A model generated the notes under the pieces. It was given only the letters and a program-made list of their open reading frames with translations. It did not search any database and had not been told where the DNA came from. The position numbers and the translations under genes were made by a program. A DNA stretch of 20,577 nt from Leidyana gryllorum EB-2025a (lineage: Eukaryota; Protista; Apicomplexa). The stretch is taken from positions 1 to 20,577 of the forward strand of contig JBLWGC010000106.1 in NCBI GenBank assembly GCA_048772705.1. The letters run 5' to 3'. Positions 18,101-20,577 of this stretch are shown here, one piece after another (the stretch's first letter is position 1; each line of letters opens with the position of its first letter).

Positions 18101-19796
18101 GAAGAAGCGTCCTGCCCACCTTCCGCTGAGGCCCTCTTCCAGTCAAGACTGGCAATGGATATCAACGAAGACCTCTCCTCATCCCAACATCACCAGCCCA
18201 ACGTTGTGCAACTTAATTGGTTACGCCCCTTGATCGAGGCCACACTACCAGGTGCTCCCAGCTCGGACGAAAATGGCTCCACGCCGGTTGAGAAGGATGA
18301 CGACGAAGAAGAGAGGGGCCGTCACGCAGCAGAAGAAGAGAACGACGACGACGAGGATGAGGAAGACGATTGTTCTTCTTCAAACTCGTCATCGCTCTCA
18401 TCTGCTACCGATTCCTCCGATACTATCGTCTTTGCCTCAGAGGAAGCACCACTAGCAGCTGGCCCAGCCACCCCTCCGCCGAAGAAAATTGCCCTGAGCT
18501 CTTCGACACCTCCTCCCCCTCATTCTAGCTCCCCTTCAGTCACACAACCGGATAATAAATGCACCATTGTATTGCTGATCCAGATGGAGTGGTGCAGCGG
18601 ACAGACTCTGCGCCAGTGGCTTGACTGGTAAGTGTGTGCACATCCACGTCTCCTCCAAACACACTCGTTGGTGGTATCTGTGACGCTCACCAACTGTAAT
18701 ACTGTCGACTTCAGGTGCGAACGACGGACACCGCCGTTAGATTTGACATCCTGTGCCTGTTCTGTTGGAAGCGGGAGCTCGGAGGCGAGCACATGTGCTT
18801 GCCGCCGTCCAGCGGACAAGAGTTATCTAGAAATGCGAAAGACGCGACTAGAGTTGTTTCTGTTCAAGCAGTTGATTAAAGGGATCAGGGACATACATCG
18901 TAAAGGCATTGTGCACAGAGACTTGAAACCTGAGAATATATTCGTTGACCAGGAGTCATTGAAGATTGGCGACTTTGGGTTAGCCCGCTTGATTGAGGCT
19001 CATGATGGGGAAGGTGGAGAGGGACGCAGCCGTCGGAGTCTCCCGGCTGGAAAGATTACCTCTTGTGCGTCTTTCAGCATTGACCCCGGGCTGTTGCAAG
19101 GAACCACTAATACACGAAACAATCTGTCTCAACAAAGTGTTGTGTCTGTCAAAGGCCAGATCATCGGGACTCCCTGGTACACAGCTCCCGAAGGAGGGGC
19201 CTTCTGCACTGAAAAGGCAGATATATACTCGGCAGCGCTCATTCTACTCGAGCTGCTGTATCCACGTCCCAATACCGTTATGGAACGACTGCACCTAGTG
19301 GAACAGTTCCGCGAACGAAAAGAGGTCAGTTATTGTTTCCAGCAATTGACGGTTGTCATCGATCTCTGAAACCCACAGTTACCCGAGTACTTTCGTCTCC
19401 CACAGTATCACGGATGGCGAACGTTACTCATCGCTATGGGTTCCGATGAACCGACACTTCGCCCATCAGCTCAGACCGTAAGAAATGACCGCCTTGCACG
19501 TGACTTTATGGTTCCGTGTTCGTCCTCAGATTCTGTCGATACTGAAGAACTGTTCGAGTCATCACAATTCAAGCGGCTTCCAGCTGGACCCCGCCAAAAC
19601 CGAATTGGTTCTTGCTCGCGAAAGGGCATGCCTTGCGCGAAATGGAGCCGCTCCGGGCTTCGAAATGTTGGTAGCCCCCTCCACCATTCCTCCTGCCGTG
19701 TCAGCCCCGCCCACACCCCCCGCCAGCCGATATCGACAAGACCAACACGACCGATTGCAAGGCGCCGAGGTCACGACCTCCGGTAACCTATCATGA
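15199..19796 (+). CDS. PERK-like transmembrane eIF2-alpha kinase (apicomplexan PK4/TgIF2K-A type); exons 15199-16320, [optional 16381-16464], 16586-18627, 18715-19324, 19379-19477, 19530-19796; about 1379-1407 aa
   Basis: Signal-like N-terminus, long luminal region and a TM segment (ALVVGVSLALVGVGWYA). Kinase motifs GRGGFGAV, YAVKMI, VVRYFTWWCEEPQFLP, a long acidic insert before LLIQMEWC (eIF2-alpha kinase hallmark), HRDLKPENIF, DFG, GTPWYTAPE, ADIYS and RPSAQT-IL. Introns of 87, 54 and 52 nt restore the frame; structure at 16321-16585 is ambiguous. Confidence 0.88.
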
Positions 19797-20079
19797 TGCT
19801 ATCTTTTGTCTACTGCCCTCATTGATTGCCTACCAGTGCTTTTCAACATATTTCCGCTACTCCCTGTCCGAGGTCTACTCACGGTTTATCCCTCTGTCCG
19901 CTCATTATTCTCATTGGCGCTCAGCAGGGCTATTGGTTCTTGGATTTTTATTCAGCAATGTCATGTTCCCCGTAAACCGATGATAGTACACACGGATGGT
20001 TCACCAATGCTTCCTCTCGTCTTGTCTAAACAGCGCCATGATTGGTCGTTGCTACCCCCGTCAGGATGATCTCCCTATC

Positions 20080-20117
20080 TGTGTCTCTGTGTGTTTCTGT
20101 GTGTGTGTCTGTTTGTG
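20080..20117. repeat. Degenerate (GT/CT)n microsatellite
   Basis: CTGTGTCTCTGTGTGTTTCTGTGTGTGTGTCTGTTTGTGT-like run. Confidence 0.6.
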
Positions 20118-20346
20118 TCCGTCCATAAGCGACCAGGTAGCGAGGTGGTTGGGTGGAGGGACGCGGCGAGTGTTGAAATGGATCTGACTACAGCGGGGTG
20201 GATCTGTGCTGGGTGGCCCACCGCTGCCGCACAGATCAAGTTCTGCTGGTGGTAGTGCAATCTCCTGCTTCCTCCTGAGGAAGTACTCGACTATTCATAC
20301 GCGCGGTCTCGGTCTGCAAGCCCAGTTTGTCATTAGCGAGTTGGAT

Positions 20347-20577
20347 TTAAGAACGGGTGTCGGTGGGATGTTTTCGTTTGTAAGCGAACATGAGACTGAA
20401 CGATATGATCATGCTCCCGGCTAGAAAAATAACCAGGCAAGCAAGTAGACGTCTGCGCCGCATTCTCTCTATAGTGAGGGATTCCTCCGTCTGCTGTGGT
20501 CCAACAGCATTATCACTCTCACGCAGGTCACTTAATGTATGCACAGTCATGGTGCACCTCGTCGGTCATCTGCCGTC
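20347..20577 (-). CDS. Probable 3' end of a membrane protein with a C-terminal TM helix (tail-anchor-like), 5'-truncated; tentative exons >20575-20558 and 20493-20347
   Basis: RRRR-LLACLVIFLAGSMIISFSLMFAY-KRK precedes the stop. A plausible 64-nt GTGCAC..CCACAG intron (20557-20494) joins it in frame to RQMTDE. A stand-alone 67-aa ORF from 20550 is the alternative. Confidence 0.45.

Noticed and set aside
19478-19786. Unspliced kinase C-terminus (ORF 19436-19786)
   Set aside because: The 52-nt GTAAGA..CTCAG intron gives the typical RPSAxxIL kinase ending and is preferred, although intron retention cannot be excluded.
20195-20242. SECIS element
   Set aside because: No AUGA/GA non-Watson-Crick core with apical AA, and no in-frame UGA selenoprotein is evident in the adjacent genes.

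Overview
Gene-dense window from a compact, intron-containing eukaryotic genome. The PK4/TgIF2K-A-type kinase and the CKS N-terminus suggest an apicomplexan/alveolate, possibly a gregarine; this is inference and needs a search. Manual splicing gives nine genes: an unknown secreted protein (-, cut by window start), BRR2/SNRNP200 (-), DNAJC21/JJJ1 (+), CKS (+), PABP (-), TFIIS (-), a bacterial-type glutaredoxin 2 (+), a PERK-like transmembrane eIF2-alpha kinase (+), and the 3' end of a probable tail-anchored membrane protein (-). The most unusual signals are non-coding. BRR2 and DNAJC21 start codons are only 26 bp apart. A KTAG motif lies 0-9 nt upstream of 7 of 8 visible start codons, suggesting an initiator with ultra-short 5'UTRs or a trans-splice acceptor. 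A stop-start chain of two uORFs sits in front of the eIF2-alpha kinase. Introns fall into a short 40-64 nt class and a longer, hairpin-rich class, including a PABP intron with a thrice-repeated motif and a cryptic exon. No mobile element, rRNA, tRNA or CRISPR array was recognised.
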